Below, piece by piece: positions 9,682-20,724 of a DNA stretch of 24,000 bases; the stretch's first letter is position 1; each line of letters begins with the position of its first letter. The notes beneath the pieces are model-generated. The model did no database searches and had not been told where the DNA came from. It saw only the letters and a list, made by a program, of their open reading frames with translations. Origin of the DNA: an uncultured Actinomycetota bacterium (GTDB lineage: Bacteria > Actinomycetota > Actinomycetes > Actinomycetales > Angustibacteraceae); the NCBI GenBank assembly GCA_963759935.1, contig CAVXBF010000007.1, positions 35,832-59,831 on the forward strand, written 5' to 3'. Both the position numbers and the translations under genes were made by a program.

Positions 9682-10768
9682 GAGCTGCCTGCGGCGGCTC
9701 GCGCGAGCGCGACGTCGAGTCCCTCGCGTCGGATCCGCAGGTCGATGTAGAGCAGCGAGACCACTGAGGCGCCGAACGGCGAGACGACGGCGGCCGAGAG
9801 CACGACGCCGAGGTTCGACACGGCGTAGCCCAGGGCGGTGGCGGCAGTGATGGTGCCCAGGCTCGGAGCTGCCGGCCCCACTGGCGAACGCCCCGGTGAC
9901 CAGCTGGCCGATCACCGCGAACGGCAGCTGGAGCAGGCCGGAGGTCCCCCAGGAGATCAGCCCGGTCAGCAGCAGCACGCCGAGCGACCCGCCACCACGA
10001 GCCGGTGCCGAGCCGCCACGACCGGCGCAGCGCACCGCGCACGGTGAGCCCCTCGAGCAACATCGCCGGTGCCGCGAACGCGAGCCGCACCGTGAAGAAC
10101 ACGTACAGCGCTGCCAGCACCGGCAGCCCGAGCACCGTGCCGGCGACGCCGGCTGGGACGGCCAGGACGTACAGGCCGGCCACCGGCGCCGCGACCGCGA
10201 CCAGCACCCCGAGGCTGATCAGGAACGTCACCAGGCTCAGCAGGAGCAGCCGCCGCACGCCGCGCCAGCCGGCCCGCCGCAACACCTGACCGGCCGTCGG
10301 ACGACGTGCGATCACCGCGTCGCTGACCGCGAGGATGAGGATGCCGTTGAGCACCGACAGGGCGAGGAACTGCACCACGGCCGGCACCACCACGCCGATC
10401 AGACCGAAGCTCACCAGGCCGGCCACGTCGGCTGGGTCGATCTGCTCGGCCGTGGGGTCGAGGCTCTGCAGCGCCTGCGGCAGCCCGAGCAGCAGCAGCA
10501 GGGTCGACAGCACGACTGCGACGCCCATGACCAGGGCGGACAGCCCGAACATGACCCGGGGGTTGTGCCGCATGGTGCGCACGGCGCCGTCGAGCAGCTC
10601 GCCGAGCCCGAGCGGCCGCAGCGGCACGACGCCGGGCCGGGCCGGCTCGATCCAGACCGGTCCCGGCGCTCCGGGCGGGGGCGGCGCGCCGGGCGGCGTC
10701 GCGCCGTACTGCGGTTGCCCCCAACCACCCGAGGAGCCGGGCGCCTGCCAGCCCGGTGGTTGGCTCAT
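9678..10768 (-). pseudogene. Polytopic membrane protein with Pro/Gly-rich N-terminus (GPDPase_memb-like), two +1 frame changes as sequenced
   Basis: ATG at 10768 (MSQPPGWQAPGSSGGWGQPQYGATPPGAPPPPGAP...). Hydrophobic helices continue in one frame to ...ALRRSWRLGTGSWWR (~9990). They continue in a second frame with SLGVLLLTGLISWGTSGLLQLPFAVIGQLVTGAFASG (~9988-9880). They finish in a third frame with PAAPSLGTITAATALGYAVSNLGVVLSAAVVSPFGASVVSLLYIDLRIRREGLDVALARAAAGSS* (to 9678). The joins are at CCC 9988-9990 and CCCC 9876-9879. Confidence 0.65.
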
Positions 10769-10984
10769 CGACGGACCCCCTCCACGGGTGCGCAACCCGC
10801 GGCGCACGGCTGACGTGGCAGCCATCGTGCCACGTGGCGCCCACCGGCCGGCGGGACCAGGCGTGCTGCCGCGCGGCACGCTGTGGACATCGCACACCCT
10901 CAGCCCGCCGGGGTGCGACCATGGAGCCGTGGCTCGCCGCGGCCACGGCACACCGCTCCGGACGGCGCACGAGGGACGAGGTCG

Positions 10985-11661
10985 ATGAAGGGTCGCGTAC
11001 TGGTCGTCGACGACGACCTCGCACTGGCGGAGATGCTCGGCATCGTCCTGCGCGGTGAGGGCTTCGAGCCGGTTCACTGCGGTGACGGCGAGGGTGCCCT
11101 GGCCACCTTCCGCGACGTGCGGCCCGACCTCGTGCTGCTCGACGTCATGCTGCCCGGCGTCGACGGCATCGAGGTGTGCCGGCGGATCCGGGCCGAGTCC
11201 GGCGTCCCCATCGTGATGCTCACGGCCAAGAGCGACACGATCGACGTCGTCGTCGGGCTCGAGTCGGGTGCCGACGACTACGTGGTCAAGCCGTTCAAGC
11301 CCAAGGAGCTCATCGCCCGGGTCCGCGCGCGGTTGCGCACGTCAGGCGACGCGGCCCCTGAGCGGCTCGACATCGGCGACCTGGCGGTCGACGTCGCGGG
11401 GCACACCGTGCATCGCGGCGGCGAGCCGATCTCGCTGACGCCGCTGGAGTTCGACCTGCTCGTGGCGCTGGCCCGCAAGCCTTGGCAGGTGTTCTCCCGC
11501 GAGGTGCTGCTCGAGCAGGTCTGGGGCTACCGCCACGCCGGTGACACCCGCCTGGTCAACGTGCATGTGCAGCGGCTGCGCTCCAAGATCGAGCGCGACC
11601 CGGAGCACCCCGAGATCGTCGTCACCGTGCGCGGCGTCGGCTACAAGGCGGGGCCCGCCGG

Positions 11662-11665
<4 letters not shown>
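10985..11665 (+). CDS. mtrA: OmpR-family DNA-binding response regulator MtrA
   Basis: ATG 10985 preceded by GGACGAGG; 226 aa. Receiver domain (VLVVDDD...LLDVMLPGVDG...VKPF) plus winged helix (LTPLEFDLLVALARKP...VVTVRGVGYK). Immediately followed by mtrB and lpqB, the conserved actinobacterial arrangement. Confidence 0.93.
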
Positions 11666-13333
<1,668 letters not shown>

Positions 13334-13334
13334 C

Positions 13335-15108
13335 GTGCGCCACCCAGCCGAGCGCTGGGGTCACGGTCCGGCTGGCGGGCGTGCTGGTCTGCGCCGTGCT
13401 GGCGGGATGCGGCGGCGCGCTGCCGGACTCCGGCCAGGCCGGGGCCGGACGCCCGATCGGCGACAGCTCGCGCGAGCCGCTGCAGGTGGTGCCCGAAGGC
13501 CCGCGCCCGGGTGCGGAGCCGGCCGAGATCGTCGGGGGGTTCCTGCACGCAGGCGCCGGCTTCGAGGACGACCACGGCGTCGCCCGGTCCTTCCTCACCG
13601 GGGCCGCGGGTCCGCTGTGGCGTCCGGGCCAGCGCACCGTGGTCTATCCCGACGACACCTCGCTGACCGTCACGGCGTCCGGGTCGGGCAGCCGGCGTCG
13701 GGTGACCGTGTCCGCGCCGGTCTGGGCCACGATCGACGCGGACGGCCAGCTCGTGCTCGGCTCGGCGGGCGACACCGCGCGCACCGGGTTCGGCGTGACC
13801 CAGGTCGGCCGCGAGTGGCGCATCGACCGCCTGGACGACACGTTCGGGCTCTGGATGCCGCGCTATGAGTTCGAGCGCGCCTACACGCCGCTGCGGCTGG
13901 CCTACGTCGCCACCGGCACCAGGCTGCTGGTGCCCGACCTGCGCTGGTTCGCCGGCGTCCGGGCCAGCCTGGCCACCTCCCTCGTCCGCCAGCTGCTGCG
14001 CGGACCGCCGGCCTACCTGCGCGGTGCCGTCACCAGCGGCGCGCCGGTCGGGACGACGCTCGGCGTCGACGCGGTGCCGACGTCCACCGGGGTGGCGCAG
14101 GTCGACCTGTCCGCCACCGCGTTGCAGGCCTCACCCGAGCAGCGGCAGCGGCTGTGGGCCCAGCTGGCGGCGACGCTGCGCCAGCTGTCCACGGTCAGCG
14201 ACATCTCGCTGACCGCGGCGGGAGCGGCCTACCCGGTGCCGGGGGTGCCGGTGTCGGCGCCCGCGGCCGACCTGGGCTTCAGCGAGGACGTGCGCGTCGC
14301 AGGGCCGGCCATGGTCCTGTCCCGAGGGCGGCTGCTCCAGGTCGACCCGACGTCCGGCGAGCTGACCACGACGCGCACCGGACGCTTCACCGGCGAGGTC
14401 GACGTCGGCGGCCTGCGCGCGGTCTCGGCGGGCGGCGAGGCCGATCTGCTGGTCGGCACCGACACCTCCGGCACCCGGCTGCTGATGGTCTCTGCCGCGT
14501 CGCCGCGCGAGCTGCTGGCCACCGGCCGTGACCTGGCGCCGCCGGTCATCGACCGCGCCGGCTGGGCCTGGACGTCCGACCGCTCCGTTCCCAACGCCAT
14601 CGCCGTCAGCCCGGCCACGTCCACCGCGCAGGCTGCGGCGCCGAAGGCCGCCGCTGCGCCGCTGCGCGCGTTCTGGCTGTCCGGACGTCGGGTGCAGGCG
14701 GTCGACGTCTCGCGCGACGGCGCGCGGCTGGCGGTGGTGTCGATCGGCGCGGACGGCACGCGCCGGCTGGACGTCGCGGGGATCGTCCGCGACCGCACGG
14801 GGCGCCCGACCGCGCTCGCGGCGCCGCGCCAGGTCGGCCAGGGCCTGGCCGACGTGCGAGACGTCTCGTGGGCCGACCGCACCAACCTGGCCGTGCTCGC
14901 CGGCCCCGTCGGGCAGGTGCTGGCCTACCAGGTGGAGGTCGGCGGGCTCGTCGCGCCGCTGCCGGCGGTCGACGGTGCCGCCGGGATCTGGGCCGGCGAC
15001 GGCCTGCGCGCGGTGTACGTCGCCACTGACGAGGGCCAGGTGCTGGTCCGCAGCGGCAGCGGCTGGCGGGTGCTCGGCCCCGGGTCGTCGGTCACCATCC
15101 CGCAGTGA
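13335..15108 (+). pseudogene. lpqB: Lipoprotein LpqB (MtrAB-associated), with an apparent +1 frameshift within the signal peptide as sequenced
   Basis: The body is the 3' two-thirds of ORF 11662-15108. It has the lipobox LAGC (…VTVRLAGVLVCAVLAGCGG) and a long beta-propeller-like C-terminal part. No ATG, GTG or TTG exists in that frame between the mtrB end and the lipobox except GTG 13381, which gives no n-region. GTG 13335, 1 nt after the mtrB stop, reads VRHPAERW in another frame. Dropping one G of GGGG 13357-13360 gives MRHPAERWVTVRLAGVLVCAVLAGC, about 590 aa. Confidence 0.85.
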
Positions 15109-15800
15109 GCGCAGCCCGTCGGCCGACGGGTGTGCTGCTCGCGCTCGGCGAGCTGGCCGACCTCGTGCTGGCTCGTACCTGCGCCGGCTGCGCCCGGCCC
15201 GGCTGCCGGTGGTGTGCCGAGTGCGCCGCGACGCTCTCGATCGGGCCGCGTCACCGCCGGCTGGCCGACCACGACGTCTGGTCGGCCGCCGCGTACGACG
15301 GGCCGCTGCGCGAGGCGCTGAACGGCTGGAAGGACCACGGACGCACCGACCTCACCCCGGTGCTCACCAGCACGTTGCGCGCGCCACTGACCGCGCTCCT
15401 GGGACCGCCGCCCGGCCGGCCCGCGGCGCTGGTGCCGGTCCCGTCGTCCGCGCGCTCGCGCCGGCTGCGGGGCCGCGAGCCGGTGCGCGAGCTGGCGCTC
15501 GCCGTCCGTCCGCGCCGGCTGGTCCTGCCCGCGCTGCGGCACGGGCGGCTGGTGGCCGAGCAGTCCGGCCTCGACGTCGATGCGCGCGCCGCCAACCTGC
15601 GCGGGTCGCTCGTCGTCCGGTCTGGCTGGGCCGGCCGGGTGCGCGACCAGCCGGTGGTCGTCGTCGACGACGTGGTCACCTCGGGAGCGACGCTGCTCGA
15701 GGCGGCGCGCGCCCTGCGCGCCGCCGGCGCGCGGGTGCTGGGGGCCGTGACGGTGGCCGGCACCGAACGGCGAAGCCGGGGGACTGGGCCGGCCGGGTGA
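15105..15800 (+). CDS. ComF family protein / phosphoribosyltransferase
   Basis: 231 aa. GTG 15105 overlaps the lpqB stop (GTGA). N-terminal Cys cluster CAGCARPGCRWCAEC and PRPP-binding loop VVVVDDVVTSGATL. Confidence 0.8.
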   Translation: MSAARRPTGVLLALGELADLVLARTCAGCARPGCRWCAECAATLSIGPRHRRLADHDVWSAAAYDGPLREALNGWKDHGRTDLTPVLTSTLRAPLTALLGPPPGRPAALVPVPSSARSRRLRGREPVRELALAVRPRRLVLPALRHGRLVAEQSGLDVDARAANLRGSLVVRSGWAGRVRDQPVVVVDDVVTSGATLLEAARALRAAGARVLGAVTVAGTERRSRGTGPAG

Positions 15801-15814
15801 CCGTGGCCTGGTGC

Positions 15815-16060
15815 TCACGACGAACTGAGGTGCCCCTCGGCATGCGAGGTGGGTACGCACTGGCGTACGGTCCCTACATGGGTCCCCGGACCGTAGCCCG
15901 CATGCACGGGCCCGTCCGTCCCCGGCGCTCCGCGGGAGCGTCCAGGGGGTGGTGTTGCGGCTGAGTGGGTTCCGCACCCTCGATCGGCTCGCTGCCCCGG
16001 CCACGCCGTGGGCGCGAGGGTCCGCCGCCCCCGCGGTCCGCGGGTGGGCGTGTGAACGTC
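15815..16060 (+). ncRNA. Candidate raiA-motif structured ncRNA (comF-hpf spacer)
   Basis: The 276-nt non-coding spacer lies exactly between a comF-family gene and hpf/raiA, the reported typical location of the raiA motif in Actinomycetota and Bacillota. Dense perfect stems seen: 15825-15830/15835-15840; 15840-15846/15899-15905 enclosing hairpins 15853-15858/15863-15868 and 15868-15873/15888-15893; 15924-15931/15935-15942; 16030-16034/16040-16044. The covariance model was not run and the boundaries are approximate. Confidence 0.5.
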
Positions 16061-16076
16061 GATGAGGAGGTCCACT

Positions 16077-16757
16077 GTGGAGATCGTGGTCACCGGACGG
16101 CACGTCGAGGTCAAGGAGCGGTTCCGCCGCCACCTGGAGGACAAGCTGGCGAAGGTTCCCCAGCTCGCCCCCAGGATCCAGCGCCTCGACGTCGTGATCT
16201 CGCACGAACCCAACAAGCGCCAGCCCGAGAGCTGTGAGCGGGTCGAGATCACCTGCGTGGGGAAGGGGCCGGTGGTACGTGCCGAGGCCTCCGGGACCGA
16301 CCCCTACGTCGCCCTGGACCGCGCCTACGCCAAGCTGCTCGAGCGGCTGCGCCGCGCGCACAGCCGCAAGGTCGAGCGCCGCAGCCGTGGGGGCGAGTCG
16401 CTGGCCCACGCCGCGGCCCGCCTGGCGCCGCCGCTGCCCGCACTGGACCAGCCGCACGACGACAGCACCGCGAGCTCCAACGGCAACGCGGCCTCGAACG
16501 GGTCGACGTCCTCGCTGGCGGACAGCCCGATCGAGATCCGCGAGAAGGTGCACGCCGCAGTGCCGATGACGATCGAGCAGGCGCTGTACGAGATGGAGCT
16601 CGTCGGCCACGACTTCTTCCTGTTCTGCGACGCCGAGAGCAGCCGGCCCAGCGTCGTCTACCGACGTCGAGGGTGGGAGTACGGCGTGCTCCACCTGGAC
16701 GTCGACCACGCCGGCGGTACCCGCGAACCGGGGTACCAGGAAGCCGCCACAGGCTGA
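16077..16757 (+). CDS. hpf: Ribosome hibernation promoting factor, long form (RaiA/HPF/YfiA family)
   Basis: GTG 16077 lies 6 nt after GAGGAGG (16064-16070); 226 aa. N-terminal S30AE domain (VEIVVTGRHVEVKERFRRHLEDKL...RVEITC), a low-complexity linker, and the C-terminal dimerisation domain (IREKVHAAVPMTIEQALYEMELVGHDFFLF...VVYRRRGWEYGVL). Confidence 0.9.
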   Translation: MEIVVTGRHVEVKERFRRHLEDKLAKVPQLAPRIQRLDVVISHEPNKRQPESCERVEITCVGKGPVVRAEASGTDPYVALDRAYAKLLERLRRAHSRKVERRSRGGESLAHAAARLAPPLPALDQPHDDSTASSNGNAASNGSTSSLADSPIEIREKVHAAVPMTIEQALYEMELVGHDFFLFCDAESSRPSVVYRRRGWEYGVLHLDVDHAGGTREPGYQEAATG

Positions 16758-16822
16758 GCGTCGGTTCCGCGTGAGAGACTGCTGAGGTCGCCGGACCTCC
16801 GACGACGACGAATGGGGGTCCG

Positions 16823-17494
16823 GTGACCGAAGGCGAGCCGATCAGGGTGCTGGTCTGCGACGACCACGCCCTCTATCGGCGTGGCCTGGAGATGGTCCTC
16901 GGCACCGAGGACGGGATCGAGATCGTCGGTGAGGCCAGTGACGGCGCCGAGGCGATCCGACGGGTCGAGGAGCTGCTGCCCGACGTCGTGCTGATGGACA
17001 TCCGGATGCCGCGCCGCTCCGGCATCGAGGCCTGCACCGCGATCAAGGACGTCGTCCCCTCCACCAAGATCGTGATCCTCACGATCTCGGACGAGGAGTC
17101 CGACCTCTACGAGGCCGTGCGCGCCGGAGCCAACGGCTACCTGCTCAAGGACGTGCCGGGCGAGGAGATCGCGGCCGGCATCCGGGCCGTCGCCAGCGGG
17201 CAGTCGCTGATCAGCCCGTCGATGGCCAGCAAGCTGCTCACCGAGTTCGCCTCGATGATCAAGAAGAGCGAGGAGCGGCCGCAGCTGCCGGTGCCGCGGC
17301 TGACCGAGCGCGAGCTCGAGGTGCTCAAGCTCGTGGCGCGCGGGATGGCCAACCGCGACATCGCCAAGGAGCTGTTCATCAGCGAGAACACGGTGAAGAA
17401 CCACGTGCGCAACATCCTCGAGAAGCTGCAGCTGCACTCGCGGATGGAAGCCGTCGTCTATGCGGTGCGCGAAAAGATCCTCGACCTCACCTGA
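16823..17494 (+). CDS. LuxR/NarL-family response regulator (no adjacent kinase)
   Basis: 223 aa. Receiver domain (VLVCDDH...VLMDIRMP...LLKD) and LuxR HTH (LTERELEVLKLVARGMANRDIAKELFISENTVKNHVRNILEKL). Confidence 0.9.
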   Translation: MTEGEPIRVLVCDDHALYRRGLEMVLGTEDGIEIVGEASDGAEAIRRVEELLPDVVLMDIRMPRRSGIEACTAIKDVVPSTKIVILTISDEESDLYEAVRAGANGYLLKDVPGEEIAAGIRAVASGQSLISPSMASKLLTEFASMIKKSEERPQLPVPRLTERELEVLKLVARGMANRDIAKELFISENTVKNHVRNILEKLQLHSRMEAVVYAVREKILDLT

Positions 17495-17529
17495 CGCCGG
17501 CTGTCGGAGGTATCCGGCAGGATCTGACC

Positions 17530-18078
17530 ATGACCTGGACAGCACCGGCCGTCTCCTGGCCCCCACCTCCGCCGTTCACTGCTGACGAGCGGTCGCTGCT
17601 CGAGGGCTGGCTCGAGCTGCACCGCACCATCCTGCGCTGGAAGTGCAGCGGGCTCACCGCGGACCAGCTGCGGCAACGTGCCGCGCCGCCGTCCGGCATG
17701 TCGCTGCTGGGGCTGGTGCGGCACATGACCGACGTCGAGCGCGGGTGGTTCCGGCGGACCGGTGCCGGTGAGGACGTCACGTTCCGCTACGAGGCGGAGG
17801 ACGACGACGAGCTGGACTGGAACGGCGTCGACACGGCGGACGCCGCAGCCGACCTGGCCGCGTTCGACGACGAGATCGAGGCGGCCCGCGCCGCGATGAC
17901 GGGTCATGACCTCGACGAGGTGGTTTCGGGCCGCGACGGCTATCGCGACAAGAACCTGCGGTGGATCTACGTCCACATGATCGAGGAGTACGCCCGACAC
18001 AACGGCCACGCCGACCTGCTGCGCGAGCGGATCGACGGTGCCACGGGTGACTTCCCGCCCGACGAGGGCGATGCCTGA
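17530..18078 (+). CDS. DinB-like / DUF664 family protein (mycothiol-dependent transferase-like four-helix bundle)
   Basis: 182 aa. Pattern ...[23 protein letters not shown]......[17 protein letters not shown]...[24 protein letters not shown] is typical of actinobacterial DUF664/DinB_2 proteins, including the His residues of the metal triad. Confidence 0.8.
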   Translation: MTWTAPAVSWPPPPPFTADERSLLEGWLELHRTILRWKCSGLTADQLRQRAAPPSGMSLLGLVRHMTDVERGWFRRTGAGEDVTFRYEAEDDDELDWNGVDTADAAADLAAFDDEIEAARAAMTGHDLDEVVSGRDGYRDKNLRWIYVHMIEEYARHNGHADLLRERIDGATGDFPPDEGDA

Positions 18079-19369
18079 GCTGCTGGCCGAGCGGCTCTCC
18101 CGCGCGCAGGCGGCCCGCATCGCCCTTGCGGCGCAGGGGTTCGCCGAGCCTCGCCCGTCCGGTGCAGTGACGATGCGGCACGTCCAGCGGGTCGTCGACC
18201 GGCTCGGCGTCGTCCAGATCGACAGCGTCAACGTGCTGGCACGTAGCCAGTACCTGCCGTTCTTCTCCCGGCTCGGCCCCTACGACACGGCCCTGCTCGA
18301 CCGCGCGCGCGATCGTCGTCCGCGGCGGGTGGTCGAGTACTGGGGGCACGCCGCCAGCCTGGTGCCGCCGTCGACCATTCCGCTGCTGCGCTGGCGGATG
18401 GCGCGGGCGCGGGAGGAGGCGTGGGGTGGCATGCGCCGCGCCGAGCTCGAGCATCCCGGCCTGGTCGAGGTGATCCTCGGCGAGGTGCGCGCCCGCGGCC
18501 CGATCACGGCGGTCGGCCTCGAGCGCGCGATCGAGCATGATGCGCCGCGCGACCGCACCGACTGGGGCTGGAACTGGTCGGTCGTCAAGCGGTTGCTCGA
18601 GCTGCTCTTCTGGGCCGGCGAGATCAGCTCCGCCGGCCGCACCAGCCAGTTCGCCCGGTTGTACGACCTGCCGGAGCGGGTGCTGCCGCCCGACGTCGTC
18701 GCCACCCCGACCCCGACGGACGACGAGGCGCACCGCCGGCTGGTCTCCATCTCGGCCCGCGCCTGCGGTGTGGCCGGGGAGTACAGCCTGCGCGACTACT
18801 TCCGGCTGGGGGCCGCCCCGACCGCGGTGGCGATCGCGTCGCTCGTGGCGGACGGCGAGCTGCGGCCGGTGCAGGTCGAGGGGTGGTCCAAGCCGGCCTA
18901 CCTGCATGCGCAGGCGCGCCGTCCGCGCCGCGTGCGGGCCCGGGCACTGGTCAGCCCGTTCGACTCGCTGGTCTGGGAGCGGGCGCGGGCGCGGGCACTG
19001 TTCGGCTTCGACTACCGGATCGAGATCTACGTGCCCGGGCCGCAGCGGCGCTTCGGCTACTACGTGCTGCCCTTCGTGCTCGGCGACACGATCGTGGCGC
19101 GGGTCGACCTCAAGGCCGACCGCCAGGCCGATGCCGGTGCGGGGATGCTGCGCGTGCAGGCGGCCTGGGCCGAGCCGGGCGCCCCGCCCGACACCGCGGC
19201 CGAGCTGGCCGCCGAGCTGGGGCAGCTGGCGGGGTGGCTGGGCCTGTCGAGCGTGCAGGTGGCCGGGCCCGGCGACCTGGCGCCGGCGCTGGCCGAGCAG
19301 GTTCTCGTCGGTGGTTGGCAGCGAAGCGGATGGTCCGAGGCGGCGGCGCCCGCCAGGATGAAGCCGTGA
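18071..19369 (+). CDS. Winged-helix AlkZ/YcaQ-like protein (DUF1006, HTH_42; interstrand-crosslink DNA glycosylase family)
   Basis: ATG 18071 overlaps the DinB-like stop by 8 nt; 432 aa. ...AQGFAEPRP...[31 protein letters not shown]...[13 protein letters not shown]...[39 protein letters not shown] matches my recollection of the family. Assigned by motif only. Confidence 0.8.
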   Translation: MPELLAERLSRAQAARIALAAQGFAEPRPSGAVTMRHVQRVVDRLGVVQIDSVNVLARSQYLPFFSRLGPYDTALLDRARDRRPRRVVEYWGHAASLVPPSTIPLLRWRMARAREEAWGGMRRAELEHPGLVEVILGEVRARGPITAVGLERAIEHDAPRDRTDWGWNWSVVKRLLELLFWAGEISSAGRTSQFARLYDLPERVLPPDVVATPTPTDDEAHRRLVSISARACGVAGEYSLRDYFRLGAAPTAVAIASLVADGELRPVQVEGWSKPAYLHAQARRPRRVRARALVSPFDSLVWERARARALFGFDYRIEIYVPGPQRRFGYYVLPFVLGDTIVARVDLKADRQADAGAGMLRVQAAWAEPGAPPDTAAELAAELGQLAGWLGLSSVQVAGPGDLAPALAEQVLVGGWQRSGWSEAAAPARMKP

Positions 19370-20724
19370 CCGCAGCCCTCCCCACCCCTGAGCGCGTGGG
19401 CGTGCCGTGGCGCCGGCGCCGTCCGCACCGGGCCTGGCTGATCGCCGCGGTGACCTTCGGTGCGCTGATCAGCGCGGCGGGCTTCCGATCCAGCACCGGC
19501 GTGCTGATGGAGCCGCTGGAGGTCGAGTTCGGCTGGTCGCGCGAGCTGACGTCAGGGGCCGTCACGCTCAACCTGGTGGTGTTCGGGGTGACCGCGCCGT
19601 TCGCCGCGGCGCTGATGGAGCGGTTCGGGATCCGGCGGGTGGTCGCCGCCTCGTTGCTGCTGGTCGCCGCCGGGTCCGGGCTCACCACCCTGATGACCGC
19701 GCCGTGGCAGCTGGTCGCACTGTGGGGGCTCGCCGTGGGCCTCGGCACCGGGTCGATGGCGCTGGTGCTCGGCGCGATCGTGGCCGGCCGCTGGTTCTCC
19801 CGGCACCGCGGGCTGGTCACCGGCCTCTTCTCCGCAGCCTCGGCCACCGGCCAGCTGGTCTTCCTGCCGCTCATCGCGCAGCTCGTCGTGCACCTGGGCT
19901 GGCGTTGGGCCGCCGGGCTGATCTCGGTCGCGGCGCTGCTCCTGCTGCCGTTGGTGCTCCTGTTCCTCGCCGACCGCCCTTCCGACCTCGGGCTGCGCCC
20001 CTACGGCGCGGACGACGACGTCGATCGCGAGGCCGAGCCGCCCGCGACGGCTCTCACCACTGACGGCACCCTGGGCGTGAGCGTCCCGGCGGCCCGGCCC
20101 GAGCCCGCTGGTCGGCTGGCGGTGCGCGTGCTGCGCGAGTCCTCGCGATCTGGCACCTTCTGGGTGCTCGCCGGCACGTTCTTCATCTGCGGCTGGTCGA
20201 CCAACGGGCTGATCGGCACCCACTTCGTGCCCGCGGCCCACGACCACGGAATGCCGGTCACCACCGCCGCGGGGCTGCTGGCGTTGATCGGGGTCTTCGA
20301 CATCATCGGCACCGTCTGCTCCGGATGGCTCACCGACCGGGTCGATCCGCGGTGGCTGCTCGTGGCCTACTACGCGCTGCGCGGGGGATCGCTGCTCGTC
20401 GTCCCGGCCCTGCTCGGGCCGAGCGTGCATCCCAACCTCTTCCTGTTCATCGTGTTCTACGGGCTCGACTGGGTCGCTACCGTGCCACCGACCATTGCGC
20501 TGTGCCGCAGTCACTTCGGTGCCGAGCGGTCCGGCGTGGTGTTCGGCTGGGTGTTCGCCTCGCACATGATCGGCGCCGGCATCGCGGCCAGCTACGCCGG
20601 GTCGGTGCGGGCCACCACGGGTTCGTACGAGATCGCCTGGTGGACGGCGGGAGGGCTGTGTCTGGCGGCCGCGGTCGCCGTACTCGGGATTCCCACCCGA
20701 GACCGGGACCCGCTGCGCCAGTAG
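19366..20724 (+). CDS. MFS transporter
   Basis: GTG 19366 overlaps the AlkZ-like stop (GTGA); 452 aa. About 12 hydrophobic helices in a 6+6 arrangement with a central charged loop ([22 protein letters not shown]). MFS-like loop motif GRWFSRHRG. The upstream part of the 613-aa ORF overlaps the previous gene and was rejected. Confidence 0.85.
   Translation: MTAALPTPERVGVPWRRRRPHRAWLIAAVTFGALISAAGFRSSTGVLMEPLEVEFGWSRELTSGAVTLNLVVFGVTAPFAAALMERFGIRRVVAASLLLVAAGSGLTTLMTAPWQLVALWGLAVGLGTGSMALVLGAIVAGRWFSRHRGLVTGLFSAASATGQLVFLPLIAQLVVHLGWRWAAGLISVAALLLLPLVLLFLADRPSDLGLRPYGADDDVDREAEPPATALTTDGTLGVSVPAARPEPAGRLAVRVLRESSRSGTFWVLAGTFFICGWSTNGLIGTHFVPAAHDHGMPVTTAAGLLALIGVFDIIGTVCSGWLTDRVDPRWLLVAYYALRGGSLLVVPALLGPSVHPNLFLFIVFYGLDWVATVPPTIALCRSHFGAERSGVVFGWVFASHMIGAGIAASYAGSVRATTGSYEIAWWTAGGLCLAAAVAVLGIPTRDRDPLRQ

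Noticed and set aside
16784-16799. Hairpin GAGGTC-gccg-GACCTC after hpf (and the weak GCCGG...CCGGC after the LuxR gene at ~17498-17518) as intrinsic terminators
   Set aside because: The stems are only 5-6 bp with no U-tract, too weak to annotate as features. They are mentioned only as possible attenuating structures.
18883-19365. Upstream extension of the MFS ORF (613 aa), and likewise 20325-20816 for the DUF4153-like ORF (666 aa)
   Set aside because: The extensions overlap the preceding genes out of frame and are Arg/Gly/Ala-rich. Membrane-protein character begins at GTG 19366 and ATG 20817 respectively.
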